64,000 bases of DNA, taken from assembly GCA_002310415.1 (NCBI GenBank), contig DBYN01000006.1, positions 154,565 to 218,564 of the forward strand, written 5' to 3'. Position 1 is the stretch's first letter; the number at the start of each line of letters is the position of its first letter. Below are positions 18,744 through 28,279 of the stretch, one piece after another. Position numbers and translations under genes: made by a program. The DNA is from Alphaproteobacteria bacterium UBA1185 (lineage in GTDB: Bacteria > Pseudomonadota > Alphaproteobacteria > Rs-D84). The notes below the pieces were generated by a model. The model was not told where the DNA came from and did not search any database. It worked only from the letters and a program-made list of their open reading frames with translations.

Positions 18744-20588
18744 TTAATCAGTTTCAGCAAAACGATATGCTTTTTTACGTTTACCACTATCTAATTCTTT
18801 TTTGCGCAAACGAATCGTTGCCGGTGTAACTTCGACCAATTCATCATCTTGGATATACGATAACGCTTCTTCCAAAGACATTTTTCTTGGTGGTGCCAAG
18901 AACAATTTTTCATCGGCAGTTACACTGCGAACGTTTGTTAATTGTTTACCGCGGACTGGGTTAACTTCGATGTCATTTTCTTTGCTGTGTTCACCAACAA
19001 TCATGCCACTATACACTTCTGTTTGTGGACCAACAAATAACACACCTCGTGGTTCCAAATTATGTAGTGCATACGTTGTTGTAGAACCCGCTTCCATAGA
19101 AACCAAAACGCCCGGACGGTATTGTGTAATTGGGCCACGATATGAATCGTATTTATCAAAAACCCTGTTCATAATGCCTGTGCCACGCGTATCTGTTCTG
19201 AATTCAGATAAATATCCAATCAAACCGCGTGATGGCGCAGAAAATACAATGCGTGTTTTACCAATACCAGATGGTTTCATCTCTGTAATTGTTGCTTTGC
19301 GCTTAGTCATTTTTTCAATAACAACACCGCTGAATTCATCGTCTACATCAATAACTACTTCTTCGATTGGTTCAAGTTTTTCACCGTTTTCATTTGTTTG
19401 CATAACAACACGTGGACGTGATACAGATAATTCAAAGCCTTCACGACGCATAGTTTCAATTAAAATACCCAATTGTAATTCACCACGACCAGATACTTCA
19501 AATGCTTCATTATTTTCACTTTGGGAAACACGTAATGCGATGTTTGTTTCTGCTTCTCGGAATAATCTTTCACCGATCATACGCGATGTTAATTTTTTGC
19601 CGGATTTACCAGCCAACGGCGAAGTATTCACAAAAAATGTCATAGTTAATGTTGGGGGGTCAATCGGCATAGCAGGGATTGGTTCGTTTACAGATGGGTC
19701 GCAAAGCGTATCTGCCACGGTTGCTTTTGAAAAACCAGCCAAAACAACAATGTCACCAGCAGATGCAGAATCCCTAGATACTTTATTTATACCTTGATGT
19801 TCAATAATTTTTGTGATTTTGGCATTTTCGATAAATTCACCTTTCATATTTATTGCTTTCACGGTTTGCCCAACATGGACTGTTCCAGATTCGATTTTAC
19901 CAGTCAAAATGCGACCAACATAGGGGTCTGCCTCTAATGTAGTTGCCAACATAGTAAAAGGTGCATCAATTTGACATCTTGTTCCATTGCAATCTGGGGC
20001 AGGGACATGGTCCACAATCAATTGGAATAGTGGTGTTAAATCTTTGTTTGGATTATCAATATCTTTTAAATCACGAATCGCCCAACCATCACGACCACAT
20101 GCATATAAATATGGAAAATCAAGTTGTGAATCATTTGCACCCAATTTATCAAATAAATCAAAAGTTTCAGTTAAAACTTCTTCTGGTCTTGCATCACCAC
20201 GGTCAATTTTATTTATACATACAATAGGGCGCAAATTTAATTTTAATGCCTTGGATAATACGAACTTTGTTTGAGGTAATGGACCTTCGGCGCTGTCTAC
20301 CAATAAAACTACACCATCAACCATAGATAAAATACGTTCAACTTCGCCACCAAAATCAGCGTGTCCCGGGGTGTCAACGATATTAATTTTATATTCGCCC
20401 CATTGGATAGATGTTGGTTTTGCTGATATAGTAATTCCTCGTTCGCGTTCGATATCACCGCTGTCCATAACGCGGTCTTCGACGTGTTCATTTTCACGAA
20501 ATGTACCAGCCTGTTTCAACATATTATCAACCAAAGTCGTTTTACCATGGTCAACGTGTGCAATAATTGCAATATTACGAATTTTCAT
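18744..20588 (-). CDS. typA: Translational GTPase TypA/BipA
   Basis: 'MKIRNIAIIAHVDHGKTTLVD', 'DTPGHADF', 'NKIDR' and EF-G-like domains. Start set at MKIRN (20588) with an 'aagg' RBS; the longer ORF extension was rejected. Confidence 0.9.
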   Translation of the reverse strand: MKIRNIAIIAHVDHGKTTLVDNMLKQAGTFRENEHVEDRVMDSGDIERERGITISAKPTSIQWGEYKINIVDTPGHADFGGEVERILSMVDGVVLLVDSAEGPLPQTKFVLSKALKLNLRPIVCINKIDRGDARPEEVLTETFDLFDKLGANDSQLDFPYLYACGRDGWAIRDLKDIDNPNKDLTPLFQLIVDHVPAPDCNGTRCQIDAPFTMLATTLEADPYVGRILTGKIESGTVHVGQTVKAINMKGEFIENAKITKIIEHQGINKVSRDSASAGDIVVLAGFSKATVADTLCDPSVNEPIPAMPIDPPTLTMTFFVNTSPLAGKSGKKLTSRMIGERLFREAETNIALRVSQSENNEAFEVSGRGELQLGILIETMRREGFELSVSRPRVVMQTNENGEKLEPIEEVVIDVDDEFSGVVIEKMTKRKATITEMKPSGIGKTRIVFSAPSRGLIGYLSEFRTDTRGTGIMNRVFDKYDSYRGPITQYRPGVLVSMEAGSTTTYALHNLEPRGVLFVGPQTEVYSGMIVGEHSKENDIEVNPVRGKQLTNVRSVTADEKLFLAPPRKMSLEEALSYIQDDELVEVTPATIRLRKKELDSGKRKKAYRFAETD

Positions 20589-20688
20589 TTTTTGTGCCTT
20601 GTTTATTGTATGTTTTTTGATAAATGTATAGGTTAAACTATATTTTTCTAATTTCAAGAAATTTTAATATGAAATATTAAAAAATAAC

Positions 20689-20712
20689 AAATGCCCATTT
20701 GGGCATTTGTTT
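20689..20712 (-). terminator. serS terminator hairpin (aaatgcccatttgggcattt + T-run on minus strand)
   Basis: Inverted repeat seen in sequence, followed on the minus strand by 'ttatttttt'. Confidence 0.5.
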
Positions 20713-20728
20713 GTATACAGCGGTTTTT

Positions 20729-22009
20729 CTAATGTTGGCCACCAATTTTGGTTCGACCACCCATCAATGGTTGTAATTTTTTTGGTATGTTGACCGACCC
20801 ATCTGCATTTTGATGATTTTCCATCAATGGGACCAAAGCGCGAGGCAGGGCGATACCTGTATTATTTAACGTTGCAACGAAATCAACTTCACCAGATGCG
20901 TTTTTACGGTATCTTGTATTTGTTCTGCGTGCCTGAAATTGACCAATGGACGAACAAGAACCCAATTCACGATATGCGTTTTCACTTGGCACCCATGCTT
21001 CGACATCGTTCATTTTTACTTTGTTAAATCCCATATCGCCAGTCGAATTTGCGATTATACGATATGGTAATTCCAAATCTTCCATAATTTCGCACAAATT
21101 ATTTAACAAAAATTCATGCATTTTATCACTGTCTTCTGGTTTACAAAAAACAAATTGTTCGATTTTTTTGAATTGATGAACACGAACCAAACCGCGTGTG
21201 TCGCGACCTGCTGCACCTGCTTCTTTGCGGAAACATTCAGAAAAGGCAGAATATTTTATTGGTAATTCGTTTTCGTTCAATATTTCGTCAGCATGCAAAG
21301 AATTTAATATAATTTCAGACGTACCAGCCAGACATCTTTCTGTGCCAGTCAACATGAATACATCATCATTCATAACAGACAAATCAGAACCCATAAAATG
21401 TCCTGCATTGAAAATTGTTTGAGGTTTTGTTATTGATGGGCAATTGATAAATTTGAATCCCTTGGCTATAAGTTTTTGCATAACATAAGTTTGGACAGCC
21501 AACTCTAATTCAGCCAATTCGCCACATAATGCATACAAGCGTGCGCCACAGGCATTTGCAAGTCTTTCAGGTATCCACCAGTTATTCATATCCAATAAAT
21601 CCCATTGTGGACGTGGTGTAAAATCAAATGTGCGTGGTGTCCCTATACGGCGGATTTCAACGTTTGAAGATTCATCAGGTCCAATTGGTGCATCCGATGA
21701 TGGAATCTGTGGAACACGATGTAATAAATCGTTTAATACATTTTCTTTGTCCGCTAGTTCAACCATTTCGCTTGCGATTTCCTCACTTATTGCTTTGGAT
21801 TTAGCAATCAATGTTGCTTTGTCAGAACTGGTCGGGATTTCTTTTGATATTTTATTTTTCTCGGCCGTTTTTGTTTGTGTAATTGTTTTTAATTCACGAA
21901 CTCGTTTGTCCAGATTCAAAATATCATCAACGACATCTGGAAAATTTTTTACCAGACACGCGTTTTTAACGATGTCTGGATTTTCACGAATAAATTTTAT
22001 ATCTAACAT
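20729..22009 (-). CDS. serS: Seryl-tRNA synthetase
   Basis: 426 aa. N-terminal coiled coil 'MLDIKFIRENPD' and class II motifs ('FRKEAGAAGRDTRGLVRVHQF', 'GRTKIGGQH' C-terminus). Confidence 0.9.
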   Translation of the reverse strand: MLDIKFIRENPDIVKNACLVKNFPDVVDDILNLDKRVRELKTITQTKTAEKNKISKEIPTSSDKATLIAKSKAISEEIASEMVELADKENVLNDLLHRVPQIPSSDAPIGPDESSNVEIRRIGTPRTFDFTPRPQWDLLDMNNWWIPERLANACGARLYALCGELAELELAVQTYVMQKLIAKGFKFINCPSITKPQTIFNAGHFMGSDLSVMNDDVFMLTGTERCLAGTSEIILNSLHADEILNENELPIKYSAFSECFRKEAGAAGRDTRGLVRVHQFKKIEQFVFCKPEDSDKMHEFLLNNLCEIMEDLELPYRIIANSTGDMGFNKVKMNDVEAWVPSENAYRELGSCSSIGQFQARRTNTRYRKNASGEVDFVATLNNTGIALPRALVPLMENHQNADGSVNIPKKLQPLMGGRTKIGGQH

Positions 22010-22031
22010 TTGTTTATCCCTGTTATAGTTT

Positions 22032-22928
22032 TTAATCTTTGGAATTTAAGTATTGAATTGCATCCATCGCCGCACTACATCCAGTGCCGACAGCGGTTGC
22101 AACTTGCATTTTAATATTGCTTTTTACATCCCCGGCAACGAACATGCCGGATGGTAAAGATTCTGATTCTATACGGCCGATTTCGTCGCGTTTAACGTTT
22201 TCAGTTAAATAATCTGTGTTTGCTTCGTGACCAATCGCAACAAAAATTCCGTCGCATTCAATTTCATTACCTGTTGTCGTTGTTGCAATCAATTTATCTG
22301 AATCGTGTTTCTGGGAAATAGATTTTAATTCTGTGTTATATATACATTCAATATTTTCTTTTTCGGCCACACGGTCGCGTAATACGGCCTCGGCACGAAA
22401 AAACTCTGATTTACGATAAATAATTTTTACAGATTTTGCAACATCTGCCAAATATAAAGCATCATTCAAAGCAGCATTTCCGCCACCAATAACCAAAACA
22501 TCACGACCCGAATAGAAAAATCCGTCACATGTTGCACAGTAAGAAACGCCCCGACCAAAGAATTCTTTGGCGCCGTCTATTTCCAATCTGCGTGCCGATG
22601 CACCGGTTGCGAGTATTACTGTTTTAGAATCAACTGTTTTGCCATTATCGCAAACGATGGTGTACGTGCCGTCTGTGTTAAATTTAATATTATTTGCAGA
22701 TGTAGATTCCGATTTAACACCAAAAGATTCCGCCTGTTTTTTCATAAATAAAATCAAATCCATTCCAGAACCGTTCCATCCGGGATAATTTTCAAGTGTT
22801 GCAATCTCTGCCGTTTGTCCGCCAAGTGATGCACCCGTTATAACCAATGTTTTTTTGTTTGCACGACCACAATAAATCGCGGCAGTCCATCCAGCAGGTC
22901 CAGAACCCAGTATAATTACATCATACAT
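22032..22928 (-). CDS. trxB: Thioredoxin-disulfide reductase
   Basis: 'VIILGSGPAGWTAAIY' FAD site, redox-active 'CATCDG', NADPH site 'VIGGGNAA'. Confidence 0.85.
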   Translation of the reverse strand: MYDVIILGSGPAGWTAAIYCGRANKKTLVITGASLGGQTAEIATLENYPGWNGSGMDLILFMKKQAESFGVKSESTSANNIKFNTDGTYTIVCDNGKTVDSKTVILATGASARRLEIDGAKEFFGRGVSYCATCDGFFYSGRDVLVIGGGNAALNDALYLADVAKSVKIIYRKSEFFRAEAVLRDRVAEKENIECIYNTELKSISQKHDSDKLIATTTTGNEIECDGIFVAIGHEANTDYLTENVKRDEIGRIESESLPSGMFVAGDVKSNIKMQVATAVGTGCSAAMDAIQYLNSKD

Positions 22929-23000
22929 TTTAATTCCTATGTTTTATTTGCAACAAATAATAGCATAAAAACGCCCGCTTGCAAATACAAAATAGGTATT

Positions 23001-23501
23001 TTATTTGTTGAAATATTTTTTTAAAGTTTCGTACGCAGTGGTTATTTTGGTAAATTCCATTGTTGCAGATTCTTTGTTTTTGGCTGTGTCTGGATGGTAT
23101 TTTTTTGCGAGTGCTCGATATTTAATACCAACTTCTCGCCATGATGCAGTTATAGGCAATTCAAACACTTTTAATGCAGAAACTATTTGTGCAGGAACAG
23201 TCTTTTTAACAGGCATTGTATCAAATTTATCTCGTCCCATTAAGAAATCGTTTAAGAATTTTACATAATCTGCTTCGTTTTTATTGGTTTTATCCTTGTC
23301 TTTATCAGCAATTCCAAATGTTTCACGTTCCCATTCAGCATCTATTTCATCTGGACTCATATCAGCATAATAATTCCAATTTTTGTTATATTCAGCAGCA
23401 TGTTCTTTGCAAAACCACCAATATTCGCGTAAATCACGCGTTTTTGGGGCACGGCATGTGCCGGCTTTGGTACAACCAGGATGTTCACATTTTTTTATCA
23501 T
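23001..23501 (-). CDS. J-domain protein (C-terminal DnaJ domain with HPD motif; N-terminal Cys-cluster)
   Basis: 'SWREVGIKYRALAKKYHPDTAKNKE' is a J-domain with HPD. N-terminal 'CEHPGCTKAGTCRAP...WFCKEH' looks like a Zn-binding cluster. Confidence 0.6.
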   Translation of the reverse strand: MIKKCEHPGCTKAGTCRAPKTRDLREYWWFCKEHAAEYNKNWNYYADMSPDEIDAEWERETFGIADKDKDKTNKNEADYVKFLNDFLMGRDKFDTMPVKKTVPAQIVSALKVFELPITASWREVGIKYRALAKKYHPDTAKNKESATMEFTKITTAYETLKKYFNK

Positions 23502-23503
23502 AA

Positions 23504-24367
23504 TTATATTTCCTTGATTTTGTTGTGTGCCAATGGGTGAGCAGATTCAACTGTGTCACGTAAATGTTCTGGTAAAACGTGTGTATAAATTTGAGTAGTT
23601 GATATATCTTCGTGTCCAAGCATTGTTTGTATTATACGTAAATTTGCACCACCGGTCAATAAATGTGAAGCAAATGAATGACGTAAGACGTGCGGACTAA
23701 CGCGTTCGGGTTCTATGCCAGCCAATATCGCACATTTTTTTAATATTTTAAAAAATCCGTCACGTGTTATATGTCCGGTTTTAGAATTAGAAGGAAAGAT
23801 ATATTTAGATTCATTATTACCACGATACTGTAACCATGTATACAGTGCATTTTGGGCATCTTGGTGCATTGGAACCAATCTTTCTTTGGCACCTTTGCCA
23901 TGAATTAAAAGTTTATCACCGAGATTAGCTGTCAGTGGTAATTCGCATAATTCAGATACACGTAATCCCGAGGCATACAATAATTCTATCATACAATGCA
24001 AACGAACAGAATTTTTTGTATCACCAGCAGAAGAAATAAGTAATTCAATTTCTTGTTTGGATAAAAGTTTTGGTAATGCGCGACCCTGTTTGGGTAATTC
24101 CAGATTTGATGTCGGATTTGTGGATATGATTTTTTCTAGCATTAAAAATTTATAAAATGTTCGTAAAGCACTTGCCTTGCGGGCAACAGATGATGGTTTT
24201 TCGTGTAAATTTGATAAATAATTTTGGATATCTTTGTTTGATGCTTGTAATAAATTACCAATGGTATTTTGGACCGCGATTAAATCGGAAGAATACGCTT
24301 CAAGTGTTTTTTGACTACGTCCTTTTTCTGCTGATAATGCTTCTAAAAAAATATCTATGTAATTCAT
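23504..24367 (-). CDS. Site-specific tyrosine recombinase XerC/XerD family
   Basis: 'RLHCMIELLYASGLRVSEL', 'LRHSFASHLL', 'LGHEDISTTQIYTHV' with catalytic R-H-R-Y. Start set at MNYIDIF. Chromosomal context with no phage genes points to Xer rather than a phage integrase. Confidence 0.75.
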   Translation of the reverse strand: MNYIDIFLEALSAEKGRSQKTLEAYSSDLIAVQNTIGNLLQASNKDIQNYLSNLHEKPSSVARKASALRTFYKFLMLEKIISTNPTSNLELPKQGRALPKLLSKQEIELLISSAGDTKNSVRLHCMIELLYASGLRVSELCELPLTANLGDKLLIHGKGAKERLVPMHQDAQNALYTWLQYRGNNESKYIFPSNSKTGHITRDGFFKILKKCAILAGIEPERVSPHVLRHSFASHLLTGGANLRIIQTMLGHEDISTTQIYTHVLPEHLRDTVESAHPLAHNKIKEI

Positions 24368-24505
24368 GGGAACAGGATTATTTCTGTTAATTCTGATTTT
24401 GGTGCAAAAGATATAAGCATCAAGACGAATAATATCACGATTATCGCCCAAATTATATATTTTTTACGGTTATTCTTTTTTTTGTAAAATGACATACCTG
24501 TATCC

Positions 24506-25570
24506 TTAGATTGTATCAAAACTGGTTATAAACACACAAGATGCAGCAATAATTATAATTTGCGGCGCAATAATGGCAATTAATGGTGGTAATGTGCCGG
24601 TTGTACCAAGTGCATTAAATAAATTAACAATAAAATACAATGCAAAGCATGTTAATATACCTAAACTGAATTTAACACCAAAACTGTAATTTCTGCGTTG
24701 TTTGGTTTGGGCAAACGCCATACCTAACATAACCATAGCCATCATTGTTAATGGTAAAAATAATAAAGTCCAAAATTGTACCAAATGTCCGCGAGTGATA
24801 ACGCCAATCGCGTTCATTTTTTTTATAAATACAGGCAATTTCCAAAATGATATTTGGTCAGGTTTAAGGTATCTGTCCAAGACAGTTCGGGGGTTCAGTT
24901 TTGTATCAATATGTTTTGAAGATTTGTTTGTAACACCATCTGAATTTAATGTTGTTGCATCGTTTATGTCCAGACCTGAATACGATAATTTGGCATTATT
25001 TGCAGAAATGCGTTCTTGTAATTTAAATTCTTTGTTTTGTAAAAATACATTTACGTTATAAAAGATAATATCTTGTTTTTCAACGTTCATGTCTGTTGCG
25101 CGCAGGGTTAAAAAACCATTATCAGACGTTTCGCGTAACCATATAGCATCGTCTATTAATTTTAATTGATGTCCTGTTAAATTGCTGGTTGCGAGATTAA
25201 CAGCATATGGATTTAACACTGTTGAAGCAAAAATACCGATTAGTGTAGCACCAATTAAAAATGGACGAACAATTTGATATGGTGATAATCCTGCGCCAGA
25301 AATAATTATTAATTCAGAAGATTTTGTTAAACTGTATGAAACAAGTAACGTCCCCATAAATACAGTCAAAGGCAAAAACATTGGTATGTATTCCAATAAT
25401 CTTTTCCATGCATCAAATAATGTGGAAAGGGCATCAGGATTAGATGATAATCTTTCAACAAAAGTTACAGCAAAAATGATTCCGCATACTGTTAGCATTA
25501 CAATGAAAAAACTGCCGAAAAAACGACGCATAAGGAATCTTGTTAAAACGTTTGTTTTGAATATATACAT
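24506..25570 (-). CDS. LPS export ABC transporter permease LptF/LptG (YjgP/YjgQ family)
   Basis: Six TM segments in the YjgP/YjgQ arrangement. N-terminal 'LTRFLMRRFFGSF' resembles 'LDRYI.REF.G.F'. Start set at MYIFK. Confidence 0.6.
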   Translation of the reverse strand: MYIFKTNVLTRFLMRRFFGSFFIVMLTVCGIIFAVTFVERLSSNPDALSTLFDAWKRLLEYIPMFLPLTVFMGTLLVSYSLTKSSELIIISGAGLSPYQIVRPFLIGATLIGIFASTVLNPYAVNLATSNLTGHQLKLIDDAIWLRETSDNGFLTLRATDMNVEKQDIIFYNVNVFLQNKEFKLQERISANNAKLSYSGLDINDATTLNSDGVTNKSSKHIDTKLNPRTVLDRYLKPDQISFWKLPVFIKKMNAIGVITRGHLVQFWTLLFLPLTMMAMVMLGMAFAQTKQRRNYSFGVKFSLGILTCFALYFIVNLFNALGTTGTLPPLIAIIAPQIIIIAASCVFITSFDTI

Positions 25571-25656
25571 AACATACAGTATAATAGTTTGAAATGATAA
25601 TTGCAAAATTAAATTTTAATGATATATTGTTACATACATAAATTAAGGATTTTAGT

Positions 25657-26127
25657 ATGGAAAAGAAACCTGTATCACGTCAAGGATTTGAGGCCTTGGT
25701 TGCAGAATTAAAAGATTTGCAAGAAAATCAAAGACCAGAGATATTAAAAGTTATTGAATGGGCGCGTTCGTTGGGCGATTTGTCTGAAAATGCTGATTAT
25801 AGTGCTGCAAAAGAAAAACAACGTAATATAGATAAGCGAATTCAATTTATAGAATCTTTTATAAGAGATGCCCAGGTTGTAGATATTGATTCTTTGTCTG
25901 GCAATCGTGTCGTTTTTGGTGCCAAAGTCATTACAGAAGACGAAGACGGTAATAAAATGGAATGTCGGATTTTATCGGATATAGAATCTGATGGACGTAA
26001 AGTTATATCTTGTACATCCCCGGTTGGGCGTGCATTAATTGGGCATTGTGTCGGGGATACTTGCACTGTTCGTTTGCCAAACGGTGAAAAAGAATTTGAA
26101 ATAATTGATGTAAAATTCAAGGATTGA
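25657..26127 (+). CDS. greA: Transcription elongation factor GreA
   Basis: 156 aa. 'LVAELKDLQENQRPEIL...LGDLSENADYSAAKEKQ' and a C-terminal FKBP-like domain. Confidence 0.9.
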   Translation: MEKKPVSRQGFEALVAELKDLQENQRPEILKVIEWARSLGDLSENADYSAAKEKQRNIDKRIQFIESFIRDAQVVDIDSLSGNRVVFGAKVITEDEDGNKMECRILSDIESDGRKVISCTSPVGRALIGHCVGDTCTVRLPNGEKEFEIIDVKFKD

Positions 26128-26128
26128 T

Positions 26129-27880
26129 ATGTCTATACGGATTTTGCCAGATTTTCTTGTTAATCAAATTGCAGCCGGTGAAGTTGTTGAGAAACCGTCC
26201 AGTGTTGTAAAAGAGTTAATTGAAAACGCATTGGATGCAGGGGCAGATCAAATTGTTATTGATGCAATTGATGGTGGTCGCACATTGATTTCTGTTATAG
26301 ATAATGGTTCTGGTATGTCAAAAGAAGATTTGGCAAATTGTATTATGCGACATGCGACATCCAAATTACCAAATGATGATTTATTAAATATTAATTTTAT
26401 GGGATTTCGTGGTGAAGCGTTGCCGTCAATTGCATCTGTATCCGATATGTTAATAGATACATGTAATGAACAAGATAAACATGGTTGGTGTTTAAACGCC
26501 AATACAGGAGAAATCAAGCCGTCTGATTGGGAAAAAGGGACAAGAATAAAAGTGTCTAATTTGTTCGCTAAAACACCGGCAAGATTAAAATTTTTGCATT
26601 CAGACAAAGCAGAAATGTTAGGCATAGTAGAAACAGTAAAAAGATTGGCGGTTGGGCATCCAGATGTGGGATTTGTTTTAAACAACAAATGGTTTTTTCC
26701 AAAAAATCAAAATTTAATTGAACGAATTGTTTCTATAATGGGTGCAGATGTACACGACAAAATGTTAAATGTAGATTCGGTGTCATCTTCATCTGATATG
26801 CATTTGTATGGATTTATTTCACACCCTACATTAAGACGGGCTTCGTCTGTTGATCAATATTTATTCATAAATGGCAGAATGGTTAAAGATAAAGTATTGG
26901 TATCTGCTTTGCGTGCTGCGTATATGGATGTTATGCATGCGCGTGAATTTCCATTATGTGCATTATATTTAGATTTGCCACCAGAATATGTTGATGTAAA
27001 TGTATCGCCTGCAAAAACAGAGGTTCATTTTTTAGAACCAACACACGTTCGGGCTTTTATAATAAAAACATTACGTGATGTTTTATCAAAAACTTTGCAA
27101 CAAACAAATAATATTATTATGCCAAATATAACACATTCGTTTAATAATAAATCAGATTCAATAAAATCTGTTATGCAACCTTGGTTATATAATCATAACT
27201 TAAATCAGACAGAATCTTGCCCAACATTTGTTGCAGAACCTGTATCCAGCAGAAATTGCTGTATAGAACAAAATGATGATACAGAAAAAAATATTATAAC
27301 AAATGAAACTTTTGATTTGCCTTTGGGGCGTGTTATTGGTCAATTAAATAATAAATATATTTTGGCAGAAAGTAAGAATGGTTTGGTGATTATCGATCAA
27401 CATGCCGCTCATGAAAGAATAACGTATGAAAAAATAAGGTTGCATGAAATTAAAATACAGCCCCTGTTATCTCCGATGGTTGTTCATTTGCGTGAAGAAG
27501 ATGTTTCGGCTGTATTAGAAATATCAAATGAATTAAAAGAATCTGGTTTATGTTTGGACGCTTTTGGAAATAATGCGATTGCTATTTTTGAAAAACCGGC
27601 TGATTGGGATTTAAATTGGGAGACTTGTTTGCATGATATTGCCGATGAAGTTCGTGTATATGGACATTCTTCTAGGTTGAAAGAAAAGTTGCATTTAAAG
27701 TTGGCTAATTATGCATGCCATCATTCTGTCAGGGCAGGGCAGAAATTAGATTATGAACAAATGGATGCTTTGTTGCGAGACATAGAACGTACAGAGCGTG
27801 GAAGCGAATGTAATCATGGTCGTCCTGTGTACAAGGTTATATCAATGGCGGAATTGGATACTATGTTTGAACGATTGTGA
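26129..27880 (+). CDS. mutL: DNA mismatch repair protein MutL
   Basis: 'NQIAAGEVVEKPSSVVKELIENALDAG...IDNGSGM' GHKL ATPase N-terminus. C-terminal 'QHAAHERI' dimerisation/endonuclease region. Confidence 0.9.
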   Translation: MSIRILPDFLVNQIAAGEVVEKPSSVVKELIENALDAGADQIVIDAIDGGRTLISVIDNGSGMSKEDLANCIMRHATSKLPNDDLLNINFMGFRGEALPSIASVSDMLIDTCNEQDKHGWCLNANTGEIKPSDWEKGTRIKVSNLFAKTPARLKFLHSDKAEMLGIVETVKRLAVGHPDVGFVLNNKWFFPKNQNLIERIVSIMGADVHDKMLNVDSVSSSSDMHLYGFISHPTLRRASSVDQYLFINGRMVKDKVLVSALRAAYMDVMHAREFPLCALYLDLPPEYVDVNVSPAKTEVHFLEPTHVRAFIIKTLRDVLSKTLQQTNNIIMPNITHSFNNKSDSIKSVMQPWLYNHNLNQTESCPTFVAEPVSSRNCCIEQNDDTEKNIITNETFDLPLGRVIGQLNNKYILAESKNGLVIIDQHAAHERITYEKIRLHEIKIQPLLSPMVVHLREEDVSAVLEISNELKESGLCLDAFGNNAIAIFEKPADWDLNWETCLHDIADEVRVYGHSSRLKEKLHLKLANYACHHSVRAGQKLDYEQMDALLRDIERTERGSECNHGRPVYKVISMAELDTMFERL

Positions 27881-27948
27881 ATGTGGTTTTTTGCTTTACA
27901 TGTCGTTGTTTTTTTACTAGTCTTACCCTATGATAAAGGAGAATATTC

Positions 27949-28269
27949 ATGAATCAAACAGCAGAAATTGCAAAAGAAGTTGGTCAAAATGTATCATTAA
28001 ACACTCAACAAGGTAGTGTTTGGGGTATGGTTGTTTATTGCTTGGTTATTGTTGGTATTTTGTATTTATTTATGATACGCCCAAATAAAAAGCGTATGGC
28101 AGAATACCAGAAAATGGTAGACAGTATCAAGGTTGGTAATCGGATATTGGCGGCTGGTATTTATGGAACTGTTAAACAAGTAAAAGAAAAAACAATCGAA
28201 ATGGAAATTGCAAAAGGTGTTGTTATTGAGGTCAGTAAAAACGCTGTCGCAGGTATAGAAGAAAATTAA
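27949..28269 (+). CDS. yajC: Preprotein translocase subunit YajC
   Basis: 106 aa. A single TM, then 'GDEVVTxGGIxGTV'-like 'GNRILAAGIYGTVKQV'. Confidence 0.85.
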   Translation: MNQTAEIAKEVGQNVSLNTQQGSVWGMVVYCLVIVGILYLFMIRPNKKRMAEYQKMVDSIKVGNRILAAGIYGTVKQVKEKTIEMEIAKGVVIEVSKNAVAGIEEN

Positions 28270-28279
28270 ATAGGGGTTT

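Noticed and set aside
18802-19797. 331-aa ORF on + strand
   Set aside because: Lies entirely antisense within the strongly conserved typA/bipA gene. It is Ser/Thr/Pro-rich with no motif, so it is a shadow ORF.
18744-20657. Long 637-aa version of typA
   Set aside because: The 23-aa N-terminal extension precedes the universally conserved MKIRNIAIIAHVDHGKTT start. An RBS precedes the internal ATG.
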